A DNA stretch of 64,000 nt from a bacterium (GTDB lineage Bacteria; Margulisbacteria; Marinamargulisbacteria; UBA817; JABISL01), in the NCBI GenBank assembly GCA_018700055.1, contig JABISL010000038.1:19161-83160 (forward strand), written 5' to 3'. The position numbers and the translations under genes were made by a program. The notes under the pieces were generated by a model. The model ran no database searches, had not been told where the DNA came from, and worked only from the letters and a program-made list of their open reading frames with translations. Positions 19,269 through 29,725 of the stretch are shown here, one piece after another. Within the stretch, counting starts at the first letter, position 1, and every line of letters begins with the position of its first letter.

Positions 19269-21095
19269 TTAGTGGCTTTGAAAGTAAGATACGATACCAT
19301 TAAAAATGGACAGCGCTATTTTTTGTCGGAAAGCGGCCGTTTTAATTAATTTGTATTCATTTGGATTAGTGATAAAGCAGGGTTCAACCAATGCGCCAGG
19401 CATAGTTGAATGATTCAACACATACATCATGGATCGTTTAACCCCATTATTTTTCAGGCGAAGGTTTTTAACCATTTCTTTTTGAATTGCTGTAGCGAGC
19501 GGTTTGTCTGATTTTTTATAGTAATAAGTTTCAGTGCCTCGAGCATAAGATTTTATAAATGAGTTCACATGAACGCTGATTAAAATATCTGCCTTATTTC
19601 TATTTGCAAGTTGCGTTCGGGCGGCTAGAGAGGGGTTGGAGTCATTACGACGGGCCATTAACACCTTTGCACCGTGGTTCTTAAGTAATTTTTCTAAGCG
19701 GATTGAAATATCTAATGTGTATGCCTTTTCTCTTTCCATTCTTCTGCCAAGTGCACCAGGGTCACGTCCTCCATGTCCAGGGTCTATTGCAATAACCTTG
19801 TTTTTTAGAGCTTTATTGGCTCTTTTTGATCCATTTTTGGTTATATTTGGCTCTTTTTGATCAAAAACCTTTTTAATTGAGTCTTTTTTATAAATTGGTA
19901 GACCAGGTTTATCGGAAGCAGTATATGGGATTAATAGGTTTGTATTTTGGTTGGTACTTTGTAATTTTAGAGGTTGAGCAGAGGTGATAACTAGTCGGGT
20001 ATCGGATCCTTTTTGTGCTGCTGAAATCCGGGTGATTGTCGGATGGTCTAAATGTTTTGAAAAGGGTTGGAGTTTGAGTTGGGATTGGGGGATATCCCAG
20101 AATAAACGAAATGGGTGATGAAGTGTATTGGGATTAGGGAGTCGTATCAGGGGGTTTCCTTCAATATGAATTGTATATCCTTCATTTTTTTTAGTAAGGG
20201 TAAGTCCCGTGATGTTTTTAAGAAATATAATAGATCTATCAAACTGTCTCCATTTAAGGCTAAACCCAAGATCATGAGCCATAGCGTGTAAAGGAAAAAG
20301 GAACTGGTTTTTGGAAAATTTAACACTAAAATCAAGAGATTTGGTTTTGGTTTTAGTATTTTTTTGGATATCTACCTGATTACTGTTGGCGTGAAATGTA
20401 TAATACACACCATTTTTTTCTAATGAGATAGTAGAGTCAGTTTGTTTAACCATGTATCCCAACTGTTTCAGAACAGCAGCTAACTCAACATGTAATTTAT
20501 TATCAAAATATTCAAAGCGATCTGTTATATCAAACAGTTTCCCTGAGATATCGATATATGTTTTTTTTCTTTTGTCTAAAGGCTCATATTTCCCAATGGG
20601 TGGTTTTGGGTCTATTTTTAAACTAAAAATAGCACTATTTGAATCTTTTTGGACATATTTAGCCTCTTTTGATTGTTTTAGTGTACCTTTTTCAATAATA
20701 TAGAAATGATTGGCAGTTTTTTCTTGTAGCTGAAACCCCATTGGTAACAAGACAGAAGCGAGCGGGGCGTATAACACTCGATCTTTCATGAAGGAGGGGT
20801 GGCTTAATTTTTTCGGAGTGTCGGCCTGAGTATATTGGGTGGTATTTGGAAAAAGATGGATCTGGGACTGGCCCTCTATGGTGATGATGTAGGTGTTGGT
20901 TTTACGGTCGTAATTCAACTTTCCATGCAATTCTTTTACAAGCTCACGTAGCGGGACGAATATCGCATCCTTATTCTCTAGTAAAGGGGCCTGAAAATAG
21001 ATTGGGTTTTCAGAGATATGAATTTTTGGACTCGCTATTAACAAAAGAGGCGTGCCTAAAACTAATATGAAGAACAAGACCATGCGGTTTAACAT
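19269..21095 (-). CDS. N-acetylmuramoyl-L-alanine amidase (Amidase_3) with N-terminal stalk/AMIN-like domains
   Basis: Signal peptide, FVPLREL stalk motif, IDPGHGGRDPG, ISVHVNS, LVEPCFITN. Confidence 0.9.
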   Translation of the reverse strand: MLNRMVLFFILVLGTPLLLIASPKIHISENPIYFQAPLLENKDAIFVPLRELVKELHGKLNYDRKTNTYIITIEGQSQIHLFPNTTQYTQADTPKKLSHPSFMKDRVLYAPLASVLLPMGFQLQEKTANHFYIIEKGTLKQSKEAKYVQKDSNSAIFSLKIDPKPPIGKYEPLDKRKKTYIDISGKLFDITDRFEYFDNKLHVELAAVLKQLGYMVKQTDSTISLEKNGVYYTFHANSNQVDIQKNTKTKTKSLDFSVKFSKNQFLFPLHAMAHDLGFSLKWRQFDRSIIFLKNITGLTLTKKNEGYTIHIEGNPLIRLPNPNTLHHPFRLFWDIPQSQLKLQPFSKHLDHPTITRISAAQKGSDTRLVITSAQPLKLQSTNQNTNLLIPYTASDKPGLPIYKKDSIKKVFDQKEPNITKNGSKRANKALKNKVIAIDPGHGGRDPGALGRRMEREKAYTLDISIRLEKLLKNHGAKVLMARRNDSNPSLAARTQLANRNKADILISVHVNSFIKSYARGTETYYYKKSDKPLATAIQKEMVKNLRLKNNGVKRSMMYVLNHSTMPGALVEPCFITNPNEYKLIKTAAFRQKIALSIFNGIVSYFQSH

Positions 21096-21114
21096 AGCTA
21101 TAGTTTAAATCATT

Positions 21115-24100
21115 TTATAAATTGATAGTGCCTTTAATTAACATTCCTGAAATAAATAAGTTATTTCCTGCATTTATTTCATCCTTAATTTCTTTTACAT
21201 ATCCTTCTCCGGTAATTATTAGGTTTTCTAGATAACGCACATTGTTTAATGGGACATTAATATTGATGTTAAGGTTTCCCATAAGCAAAGAGTCGTTTCG
21301 TTCTCGAATTTCTACTGACAGAACCTCTCCGGAGGCTGTTAATAAATTATCTCGCTCAATTTCATTAAACCCAAACCCATAACTCCTTACCTTTGAAAAT
21401 CCGACATCTACATTAAAGTTCTTGTAATTAATTGGTCTATATTTGAATCCAATTTTATCTTCAAATCCATTTGAGAAATCACCTGCATTTTGCTGTAGTC
21501 TTTTGCTTGAAAAGTCATAGAATAGCTCCATCCCTTCAATAATATGTAAGGCGACACCAGTGGTTAGTTTATCTTGAGAAAACAAATCTTTGATGGCAGC
21601 ACTATTGCTTACTTGGGTTTGATCAAATGCTCGGTGATCGATAGTTCCATTGAATGAAATTAGACCGAATGGACTAAATGTACCTCCAATGTTTGCATGG
21701 CTTTCATCAAGTCTTAGGCTGCTGTCGTAATCACCTTTCCTTAGTGCTTGAGGGGTTATATTAATGGTTACTGCGCTTTGTTGGTTTAAGCGATTAAATT
21801 CGGCTAATGAGGTAAGTGTAATGAAAGAGAAAGGGGATGCCTTTGAAGCGATTGCAACATCGTCGATCTCTTTAAACAAGCTTCCAATAGTGGTAGTTGA
21901 TCGATTACGATTATAGTATTCATTTTGATCCGTATAGGCAGTGTCTATGTCGATTAACCCAAGAGGAGCAAACCCTAGCGAATAGATATTTGCGCTAACC
22001 GCACTATCATCTAACGTTAAGCTACCTTCATCAATAGAGCTTCCATTTAAGAAACTTTTTAGTAATGACCGATCTGTTTTGGTTGCGGTCTTTAGTTGAT
22101 AGCTGGATCGTACGTTTTGAAGCGCTAAAAATCCAATACCAAGTGACCCTGGTGAGAAAGAAACATTATGGTGGTGTATGTCTTCTGATAACCTTTGGGT
22201 AGTAATGTTTTCTGTGCCTGATAGAAAGTCTATTTGAGAATTAGTAAGTGATTTGGAATTAAAAAAATCCCAAGTGTAATCAATTTTTTGTAGTAGGGCT
22301 GGGGTGGGTTTAATTTTAACTTGGCCATTAATTTTATCGTAGTTGATTGTAGCTCCTGAAAAAGTGGTTGAGTTGATATTGTTTGTATCAGCCGATTCGG
22401 ACTCTCTGTTTTCCACAGCTATAGATGTTAGAGATACTCCAGGTATGGGTGCGAAGTTACTAAAGGTGGCGGATTGATTGGTTTGTAAGAACTGTTTTTT
22501 TCGATTGTTTTCTCGGCGTTTGGTTTTTCCTGATAAATAAGATGCATGGGATCCAAAAAGTGGCTTGGTATACCACCCATCTAATTCTAAATGCTTAAGA
22601 CCAAAGTAAGGCTCGAAGCGAGGAACCCTAAAGGTTTCAACATCCTCAACACGGTCCTCCTGTCCCGCAATAGGACTAATAGATTCGTTGTGATTTAGTC
22701 CATATGAAGTGGTTAACCATCTATATGGGGCATAACTTGTTAACGATGAATAGTTATAATAAGGGTCGTTTGAGCTGGAGCTTGGGGTGGTTAATTTGAT
22801 AGCCTGTTGTTCAAATGACAATGTGTTATCCATTCGATCTATTAAGGTGGTATTGGTCTTAAACCCTATTTTTTCTGTAGTTTTGATTAGGTCGTTTGCA
22901 TCTAGATATTTGTCGGCCTTGTCTGTAGTGGTAAAAAAGTAGGGGTTGAGATTAAACCGTTTTACCAAGAGAGGGGATTTAGGTGTGTAGAATGTTTGTA
23001 TGCCATACCCAAACAAGAAGGAGTCGACTAAGGCGGTAGTGGATTCTGGGCTGTCTATTTTTTGAGAAACAGCCCCTGAGAATTTGGTGTTAAGTTCATC
23101 ATTTCCGAATGCATATGATGTTTCATAGGATGTGGACTCGGTATTGGGTTGTCCAGCAGAGGCGCTTCCCGTAGCCGTAAGAGAGTAGTGTCGAAAACTG
23201 TGCGTAGTGTGTAGTCCTGCAATTCCTAAGTTGGATTTCGTTATAAACTCATTTTCTGTTTTTAAAGTCTGTTTCTGCTCGTTTATCTTTGTTCTTTTTT
23301 CATAATGTGTTTGAATATTATTGGTACTGTTTATTGCCCAATTTACACCCGACTTTAATGCGAGTGTTCCCTTCTCATCCTTTAGCTCTCCAATGGATCT
23401 GAATTGAGGATCAATATATTTGAATTCGGTATCTACTGTGAGGCCCTTTTGTACCTCGTAAGCAGTGGCCACTCTCAGTGCGTTTGCATTAGCTGATTCG
23501 GGAAGGTCGGTTTGAAAATAGCTATAAAATATCTCAACGGTTTCGTCGTCGGGTATCGTTTTATTAATAAATCTAAACTCACCTTGTTCGTAATTCATAA
23601 AGTAATCAGACCCTCTGGTTTGAGATACTCCGTTAATAAAGATTGTTTCTGAGTCTTCTACAATAGGCTCGAAGGCCAGGACATATATCTCGTTTTCAGG
23701 TGCTTTTGTAAAACTTTCAAACCCGTCTTTTTTGGATTTGGAGAAATCGTGGTAAGAGTGAGCATACTCTGCATCAATTTTTAGTTTGTCCGATACGTTA
23801 TATCGCATAGTAAGGTCAATCATTTTTTGTTGCGTTTTGGCTTGGGACAACTCAGAGTCAGGGGTGTAGTTATATTTCATTTTTATCGTTGTGTCATTAC
23901 CAGGGAAATCTGACAATTGGGAGGGAAACCCTTTAAGAAACTTGAGTTCAAAATCCTGGAACGTTTCACCATCATTCGGATAGGTGACCTCGAAATCCCT
24001 TCCTTTTTCCAATTCTATATCTCCGGGATAAAGTATGATTCGATCGATTCCATTAAACTTAATGGGTAGACTGGGGGGCGTTATGTCCGAGATGCGATAC

Positions 24101-25947
24101 GTTTGAAGCCCTAGCCCCCTAAACGAATAGTCGGAAGGAAAACTTTTCCGATAGGAATAACTTATCTTTACTTGAGAAGCGATTACGTTTTGGAGGCTGT
24201 TTAGTTGAATGGTTCCTTCATAATAGTTAACGGTGTATTGGGCTGATGGGACCTCTTCGCTGTTAAGGACAACTTTTATTGGCCTGGACTCCTCAATAGG
24301 GTTGAATTTGGTGACTAGTATGTTATTAAGGTCTCCGGTGACATCTACAGGAATCTCGTCTGCTCTGGCAGCAAGGAGGTCTTCTTTTACGGAGGATGAC
24401 TCCTCAAGGTAGGTTGCACCAAAGCTAAGTGGCGACTCTTCTATATTTGTAGTGACCGCTCTTACCTCCAAAGCTTTGTAAGACGCTGTTATTTCGGTTG
24501 GATAACTTATTGGGTAATTGAAATAGAGCTTTCCTTCTTTGTGGCTGATTGTATAATCCACAAACTCTTTTGCCTTGTATCCAGAGACCGTAACAGTAAT
24601 GTCTTGTGGCAGAATATGCCCTTTTTGAAGGTAATAAGGCCCCGGGATTCCTTTCGCCAGGATATTTTCGGTGACAGCGGCGGTTTGATAGTAGTCATAT
24701 GTGATTGCTAAAGCATCCTCTTTTGAAATCTTTCGATTTCGAATAGATAAGACTCCTGAGGATTGCTTGAGTAGATAGTCTGTAACTCGCTCGAGAGGGC
24801 TTCCATTTAAGCTAACTGTTTCTGATCCAAGTACTATTGGCGCTTCGCTTAGTTGAAACTTAGGGTTAAAAGATACTTCATTCTCTGGGATTAATGTTTC
24901 AGAGATTGTTGTCGTAAGTTTGGTAACCTTGGTTTTCATGTGTGCTGGACGCCATTGGTAGTGAGCTCCCATAAATGTTTTTCTGGATAGTGATGGAATA
25001 AAATCTTGAATGGGGTTTGTGAACTCATAAATTACCTTAATGAAGTCTATTTTTGTTTTGGGGGTCGAGAACGTTACTTGTCCTTCAAAATAATCGACTG
25101 TGTAGTCGACACCCTCTTCTAGAAGTAGGTTGTTTAGGTAGACTAAGACGGAACCCTCTAGCAGGAATTGTTTTCCAACCTTGTAGACGGTGTTGTCTGT
25201 TCCAAATGTTTCATATTTCTGAGGTTCTGACTTGGTTTGACCGATTAAAGCAGTTCCTCTCCAGTTATCTGAGGATGATTTGACTCTAACTCCGTTTAAG
25301 GATTTTTTAACATTGATAAACTCCCCTGTATTAAACGTTTCTTCGAAGTCGCCAAAAGTTAGTTCGGTAGGGCCCTTTATAATGCCGATGTTATATTTTC
25401 CGGGGAAATCGGGCTCTTTTTCGATGTCATAACTTACGGAAAGATCTTCATCCAATTTTCCCTCTACGCTGATAAGGTATCTCATATCAAACTTTGGGGA
25501 GCCTCTAAGTACGTCATTGGGCAATTTTTTATAAATTGTATCGTTTCGAATGGCATCTAATTTACTTATATCTGACGAGTGGTCCCGTCCGCCTACCTTT
25601 AACTCAATAAATCCATCTGTTTGAACGTCAGGATACCGACTGTCTGTTTGGTACCTCGACATAAAAGGCATGGGCTTTTTAGTAATTTTTTGACTTGTTG
25701 GCGTGGACTTGTACCCTAAAATGGTTTCAATTTTACTGCTTTCGGTGACGAGTTTTTCGACAGGGGTGTTGGTGTCAAAATACCCTGGAAGGTAAAGTGG
25801 CTCTACCGTTTTGTTTTCTGAGGCGATTAGGTCCAAGATATTTGCGGGTTGAATTGACGGACTGGTAGGAGTAGATTCTGCGGCATAACCTATTCCCAGG
25901 AAGCCCCCCCACAATAATAGAATTCCAACATAAATAAATCGTTTCAT
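21115..25947 (-). CDS. Very large outer-membrane beta-barrel protein, SprA-like
   Basis: Signal peptide; about six S-[E/V]-x-V-x-[LI]NG...G-x-DY-x-[VIM]-x-Y-x-x-G modules; long amphipathic beta-strand C-terminal half. Confidence 0.6.
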   Translation of the reverse strand: MKRFIYVGILLLWGGFLGIGYAAESTPTSPSIQPANILDLIASENKTVEPLYLPGYFDTNTPVEKLVTESSKIETILGYKSTPTSQKITKKPMPFMSRYQTDSRYPDVQTDGFIELKVGGRDHSSDISKLDAIRNDTIYKKLPNDVLRGSPKFDMRYLISVEGKLDEDLSVSYDIEKEPDFPGKYNIGIIKGPTELTFGDFEETFNTGEFINVKKSLNGVRVKSSSDNWRGTALIGQTKSEPQKYETFGTDNTVYKVGKQFLLEGSVLVYLNNLLLEEGVDYTVDYFEGQVTFSTPKTKIDFIKVIYEFTNPIQDFIPSLSRKTFMGAHYQWRPAHMKTKVTKLTTTISETLIPENEVSFNPKFQLSEAPIVLGSETVSLNGSPLERVTDYLLKQSSGVLSIRNRKISKEDALAITYDYYQTAAVTENILAKGIPGPYYLQKGHILPQDITVTVSGYKAKEFVDYTISHKEGKLYFNYPISYPTEITASYKALEVRAVTTNIEESPLSFGATYLEESSSVKEDLLAARADEIPVDVTGDLNNILVTKFNPIEESRPIKVVLNSEEVPSAQYTVNYYEGTIQLNSLQNVIASQVKISYSYRKSFPSDYSFRGLGLQTYRISDITPPSLPIKFNGIDRIILYPGDIELEKGRDFEVTYPNDGETFQDFELKFLKGFPSQLSDFPGNDTTIKMKYNYTPDSELSQAKTQQKMIDLTMRYNVSDKLKIDAEYAHSYHDFSKSKKDGFESFTKAPENEIYVLAFEPIVEDSETIFINGVSQTRGSDYFMNYEQGEFRFINKTIPDDETVEIFYSYFQTDLPESANANALRVATAYEVQKGLTVDTEFKYIDPQFRSIGELKDEKGTLALKSGVNWAINSTNNIQTHYEKRTKINEQKQTLKTENEFITKSNLGIAGLHTTHSFRHYSLTATGSASAGQPNTESTSYETSYAFGNDELNTKFSGAVSQKIDSPESTTALVDSFLFGYGIQTFYTPKSPLLVKRFNLNPYFFTTTDKADKYLDANDLIKTTEKIGFKTNTTLIDRMDNTLSFEQQAIKLTTPSSSSNDPYYNYSSLTSYAPYRWLTTSYGLNHNESISPIAGQEDRVEDVETFRVPRFEPYFGLKHLELDGWYTKPLFGSHASYLSGKTKRRENNRKKQFLQTNQSATFSNFAPIPGVSLTSIAVENRESESADTNNINSTTFSGATINYDKINGQVKIKPTPALLQKIDYTWDFFNSKSLTNSQIDFLSGTENITTQRLSEDIHHHNVSFSPGSLGIGFLALQNVRSSYQLKTATKTDRSLLKSFLNGSSIDEGSLTLDDSAVSANIYSLGFAPLGLIDIDTAYTDQNEYYNRNRSTTTIGSLFKEIDDVAIASKASPFSFITLTSLAEFNRLNQQSAVTINITPQALRKGDYDSSLRLDESHANIGGTFSPFGLISFNGTIDHRAFDQTQVSNSAAIKDLFSQDKLTTGVALHIIEGMELFYDFSSKRLQQNAGDFSNGFEDKIGFKYRPINYKNFNVDVGFSKVRSYGFGFNEIERDNLLTASGEVLSVEIRERNDSLLMGNLNININVPLNNVRYLENLIITGEGYVKEIKDEINAGNNLFISGMLIKGTINL

Positions 25948-25954
25948 AACAACC

Positions 25955-26983
25955 CTATTTTTTGATGATCATGGCATCTCCAAAACTAAAGAATCGATAT
26001 CCTTTTTCAACGGCCTCTTGATAGGCGGATAATATAATATCTCTTCCTACGAAGGCTGATACCAGAATAAGCAAGGTGGATTTGGGAAGGTGAAAGTTGG
26101 TAATGAGCCCGTTAATTGCATTGAATTGATAGCCTGGCTTAATAAAAATTTGTGTTCGAAAGGCCCCGCTATGAAACGCACCATCTTTAAAATTGGATTC
26201 CAAGGACCTCACTACTGTAGTGCCAACGGCAATGATGTTTTTCTTTTCTTTTTTGGCTTGATTGAGACGTTGAGCCGTTTCCTCAGAAATAATATAGCGT
26301 TCGTCGTGCATGACGTGATTCTCTAGATCAATATCTCCTACCGGTTTAAAGGTTCCTAGACCAACGTGAAGAGTAACAGCGGCAGTTTGAACCCCTTTTT
26401 CTTTTATTTGATCCATCAGATCCTGAGTGAAGTGGAGGCCTGCTGTAGGTGCAGCAACGGCACCAGGGTGATTGGCATAAATGGTTTGGTATCGTTCAGC
26501 CCAACTCTCAGGTGAGTCGGATTTGATATATGGAGGGAGCGGGACGGTGCCATTGTCCTCGATTAACTGATCGATCGGTCCATTTCCTAGAATTTCAACA
26601 GTATGTAGCCCACCGCGCGTGTTTTTTTGAACTACACGGATTGAGCACTCAGGACTTATCTCAATAATGTCATCTACATGCATTCGACCAGCAGGCTTCA
26701 TCATTGCCAGCCATAGGTTATTTGATAGAGGCTCTTCTAGAAAAACCTCGGTTTTTCCTCCTGTTTTTCGCTTGCCAATCAATCTAGCATTGATCACCTT
26801 TGTATCGTTAAATACCAAAAAATCATTAGGGGTGAGTGTATCGAGTATTTGGTTGAATGTTGTGTGAGTGGGGTTTGAGTAAGGAGGGAATAGCCCCATT
26901 AATCGACTTTCAGTTCGGCAATCCGTTGGGGTTTGAGCAATAGAAGAATCAGGTAAATGATAATTAAAAAGATCAGTTTTCAT
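25955..26983 (-). CDS. queA: SAM:tRNA ribosyltransferase-isomerase QueA (start probably ATG 26983)
   Basis: IAQTP, VPLPPYI, AAPTAGLHF, TNFHLPKSTL, YRFFSFGDAM. Confidence 0.97.
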   Translation of the reverse strand: MKTDLFNYHLPDSSIAQTPTDCRTESRLMGLFPPYSNPTHTTFNQILDTLTPNDFLVFNDTKVINARLIGKRKTGGKTEVFLEEPLSNNLWLAMMKPAGRMHVDDIIEISPECSIRVVQKNTRGGLHTVEILGNGPIDQLIEDNGTVPLPPYIKSDSPESWAERYQTIYANHPGAVAAPTAGLHFTQDLMDQIKEKGVQTAAVTLHVGLGTFKPVGDIDLENHVMHDERYIISEETAQRLNQAKKEKKNIIAVGTTVVRSLESNFKDGAFHSGAFRTQIFIKPGYQFNAINGLITNFHLPKSTLLILVSAFVGRDIILSAYQEAVEKGYRFFSFGDAMIIKK

Positions 26984-27065
26984 GCACGACAATTCCTTAG
27001 TGGGAAGTTCCCATTGTATCTATACTTTATTGTCGGTAATTTGAGTGTAAAAGTTAAGGAGAAAC

Positions 27066-27626
27066 TTATTTCTTAGCGGCTTTTTTTGCGGGCTTCTTAG
27101 CGGCGCTGACTTTTTTCTTTTTGTCCTCATCTTTACCCTTTTCTTCATCAGCCTCATCTTTACCCTCTTTATCAGAGGCTTCATCCTTGGTTGCGGCTGC
27201 GTCTGCGGCTTCCATATCTTCTTCGGATTCGATGCGCTGAACAATCAGTTTAGAATCGTCACCTTTGAACTCAGGAAGGAAGCTAGTGTACTCATCAATA
27301 TTGAGGAACATTTCCCCTAGATTGCTGAAGTAGGCATAGCGTTTCCAAACCTTATTTAAAAACTTAGAGATGATGATATTGTCATAGCTTTTGACTAAAT
27401 CTAACATCATTTGGATACGATTAAGTCGGTTGGCTAATGTACGTGTTTCAAGGCTAGTGTCATACCCTATTTGCATCATTACTCTGTCGAATAGCTCGCG
27501 AACCTCGTCCCCTTGAAGCAAAATATCTGTTTCAGGAATACGATGTGATGCGGGTTCAAATATTATGAAGTTATTAAAAATAATAAAGTCATTTTTTGCG
27601 GGTTCTAAAAATTCAACAAATTTCAT
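27066..27626 (-). CDS. Hypothetical protein with an acidic region and an AAKK-rich tail
   Basis: 186-aa ORF with a globular N-terminal part and a KKKKVSAAKKPAKKAAKK end. Confidence 0.75.
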   Translation of the reverse strand: MKFVEFLEPAKNDFIIFNNFIIFEPASHRIPETDILLQGDEVRELFDRVMMQIGYDTSLETRTLANRLNRIQMMLDLVKSYDNIIISKFLNKVWKRYAYFSNLGEMFLNIDEYTSFLPEFKGDDSKLIVQRIESEEDMEAADAAATKDEASDKEGKDEADEEKGKDEDKKKKVSAAKKPAKKAAKK

Positions 27627-27684
27627 GGTAATGGGGATATCCTTCTGTACTAATTTTTTTAATTATAACGGCAAGACAGATGAA

Positions 27685-29097
27685 TTAGTAGCGGTAATGT
27701 TCGGGCTTGTAAGGGCCTTCAACAGGGACGCCAATATAATCCGCTTGTTCTTTGCTTAATTTAGTGAGCTTTACGCCCAATCTGTCTAAATGCAATCTTG
27801 CTACTTCTTCATCTAGGTGTTTAGGAAGACGATATACGCCTGTTTTATAGTCTGACTTCCAAAGTTCTAATTGGGCGAGCACTTGGTTAGTGAATGATGT
27901 ACTCATTACAAATGAAGGATGCCCAGTGGCGCACCCTAAGTTAACCAAGCGACCTTCGGCTAATAGAAATATACTGTGTCCCTCTGGAAAGTCGTAACGA
28001 TCTACTTGTGGCTTGATCGTGTCTTTTTTGATTCCAGGATAATTGTTGAGTTTTTCGACCTGAATTTCATTGTCGAAATGACCGATATTGCAAACAATGG
28101 CTTGGTCTTTCATAGCTGCCATGTGTTCTATTCTTAGGATGTCTTTGTTTCCTGTGGTTGTTACAAAAATATCAGCTTCTGGGATTGCGGCTTCTAATGT
28201 TGTCACCTCAAACCCTGCCATTGAGGCCTGTAGCGCACAAATGGGATCAATTTCGGTAACAATAACTCTGGCTCCGAATCCTCTAAGGGATTCTGCGCAG
28301 CCTTTTCCAACGTCACCGTATCCACAGATAATGGCTGTTTTTCCGGCGATCATGACATCTGTGGCGCGTTTGATACCATCGGCTAATGATTCTTGGCATC
28401 CATATAAGTTATCAAATTTAGATTTGGTTACAGAGTCGTTTACGTTGATTGCTGGGAATAATAATTCGCCAGAGTCTAACATTTGATACAAGCGATGGAC
28501 ACCAGTTGTTGTCTCTTCTGATACGCCCTGTAGGTTTTTGGCAATAGCGGTCCATTTTCCAGGAGTATTTTTGAGCGATTCTTTAAGGAGGGCATTTACT
28601 ACTTTTAATTCGTCATTATCAACAGGTTTGTCCAGAATAGAAGCGTCTTTTTCTGCTTGAGGTGCAAAGTGGACTAGATGAGTGGCGTCGCCACCATCAT
28701 CAACGATAAGATCTGGGCCACTTCCATCAGGGAAGGTTAGCGCCTGTTCTGTACACCACCAGTATTCTTCCAAAGTTTCTCCTTTCCAGGCAAAAACAGG
28801 TACGCCAGTAGCAGCAATTGCAGCAGCAGCGTGATCTTGAGTAGAAAAAATATTACATGACGCCCAACGTACATCTGCACCTAGCGCGGTTAATGTTTCG
28901 ATAAGCACAGCTGTTTGAATGGTCATATGGAGGGAGCCCATTATCTTAGCGCCCTTAAGCGGTTGTTCTGCACCATATCGGTCGCGTAGGACCATTAGTC
29001 CTGGCATTTCATGTTCCGCCACAACAATTTCTTTTCTTCCGTAGTCGGCAAGGGATAGGTCTTTAACTTTATATGGTAGAGATGTTTGTGTTGTCAT
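27685..29097 (-). CDS. ahcY: Adenosylhomocysteinase
   Basis: [42 protein letters not shown]; AGGAGG SD; TTGCTT-17-TAGACT promoter. Confidence 0.98.
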   Translation of the reverse strand: MTTQTSLPYKVKDLSLADYGRKEIVVAEHEMPGLMVLRDRYGAEQPLKGAKIMGSLHMTIQTAVLIETLTALGADVRWASCNIFSTQDHAAAAIAATGVPVFAWKGETLEEYWWCTEQALTFPDGSGPDLIVDDGGDATHLVHFAPQAEKDASILDKPVDNDELKVVNALLKESLKNTPGKWTAIAKNLQGVSEETTTGVHRLYQMLDSGELLFPAINVNDSVTKSKFDNLYGCQESLADGIKRATDVMIAGKTAIICGYGDVGKGCAESLRGFGARVIVTEIDPICALQASMAGFEVTTLEAAIPEADIFVTTTGNKDILRIEHMAAMKDQAIVCNIGHFDNEIQVEKLNNYPGIKKDTIKPQVDRYDFPEGHSIFLLAEGRLVNLGCATGHPSFVMSTSFTNQVLAQLELWKSDYKTGVYRLPKHLDEEVARLHLDRLGVKLTKLSKEQADYIGVPVEGPYKPEHYRY

Positions 29098-29227
29098 GAT
29101 GGCAGGCGCCTCCTGTTTTTTATGAGATTCAGTCTACATTAAATGGTGATGAGAAGCAAAAATGGTCTGCTATACTGTTGAGTAAGAATCTATGGGTAGA
29201 TACCCCTAAAAACCGGAGTTATAAAAT

Positions 29228-29725
29228 ATGGATAACCTAGACCACCGAATTTTGACCTTACTGCAAGAAAACGCACGTCGTAATAATGATGAATTAGCCA
29301 CGATGCTTGATATAGAGGTTGATGTACTTGCAAAACGGATTGAGTCTATGGAGTCTAGCGGTGTAATTTTGAAATATACAGCACTTGTAAATGAACAGGT
29401 AATGGATGATGTATCACAACCTATTCGAGCACTTGTGGAGCTAAATATTAGTCCTGAGCGAAAAACGGGATATGACGCGATTGCGAGTAAAATTTATCAG
29501 TACCCGAGTGTAAAAGCTCATTTTTTGGTGTCGGGGCAGTTTGACTATTTGGTTATAGTGGAAGGAAGCACTCACCAAGAAATTGCTCATTTTGTGTTTG
29601 ATAAGCTCGCTACCCTTGATAATGTCACGGGCACTAACTCTCATTTTGTTCTTAAAAAGTACAAAGAGAATGGCGTTGTGTTTGAAGGGGCTGCCAACGA
29701 CAAGCGCGTTGCTGTTATGCCATGA
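29228..29725 (+). CDS. Lrp/AsnC family transcriptional regulator
   Basis: LDHRILTLLQENAR HTH, VSGQFDYLV, SHFVLKKYK; paired with an aminotransferase as in YugG/YugH. Confidence 0.9.
   Translation: MDNLDHRILTLLQENARRNNDELATMLDIEVDVLAKRIESMESSGVILKYTALVNEQVMDDVSQPIRALVELNISPERKTGYDAIASKIYQYPSVKAHFLVSGQFDYLVIVEGSTHQEIAHFVFDKLATLDNVTGTNSHFVLKKYKENGVVFEGAANDKRVAVMP

Noticed and set aside
29098-29160. SAH riboswitch upstream of ahcY
   Set aside because: The promoter leaves only a ~35-nt leader with a 4-bp CAGG/CCTG stem; the conserved SAH aptamer elements are absent.
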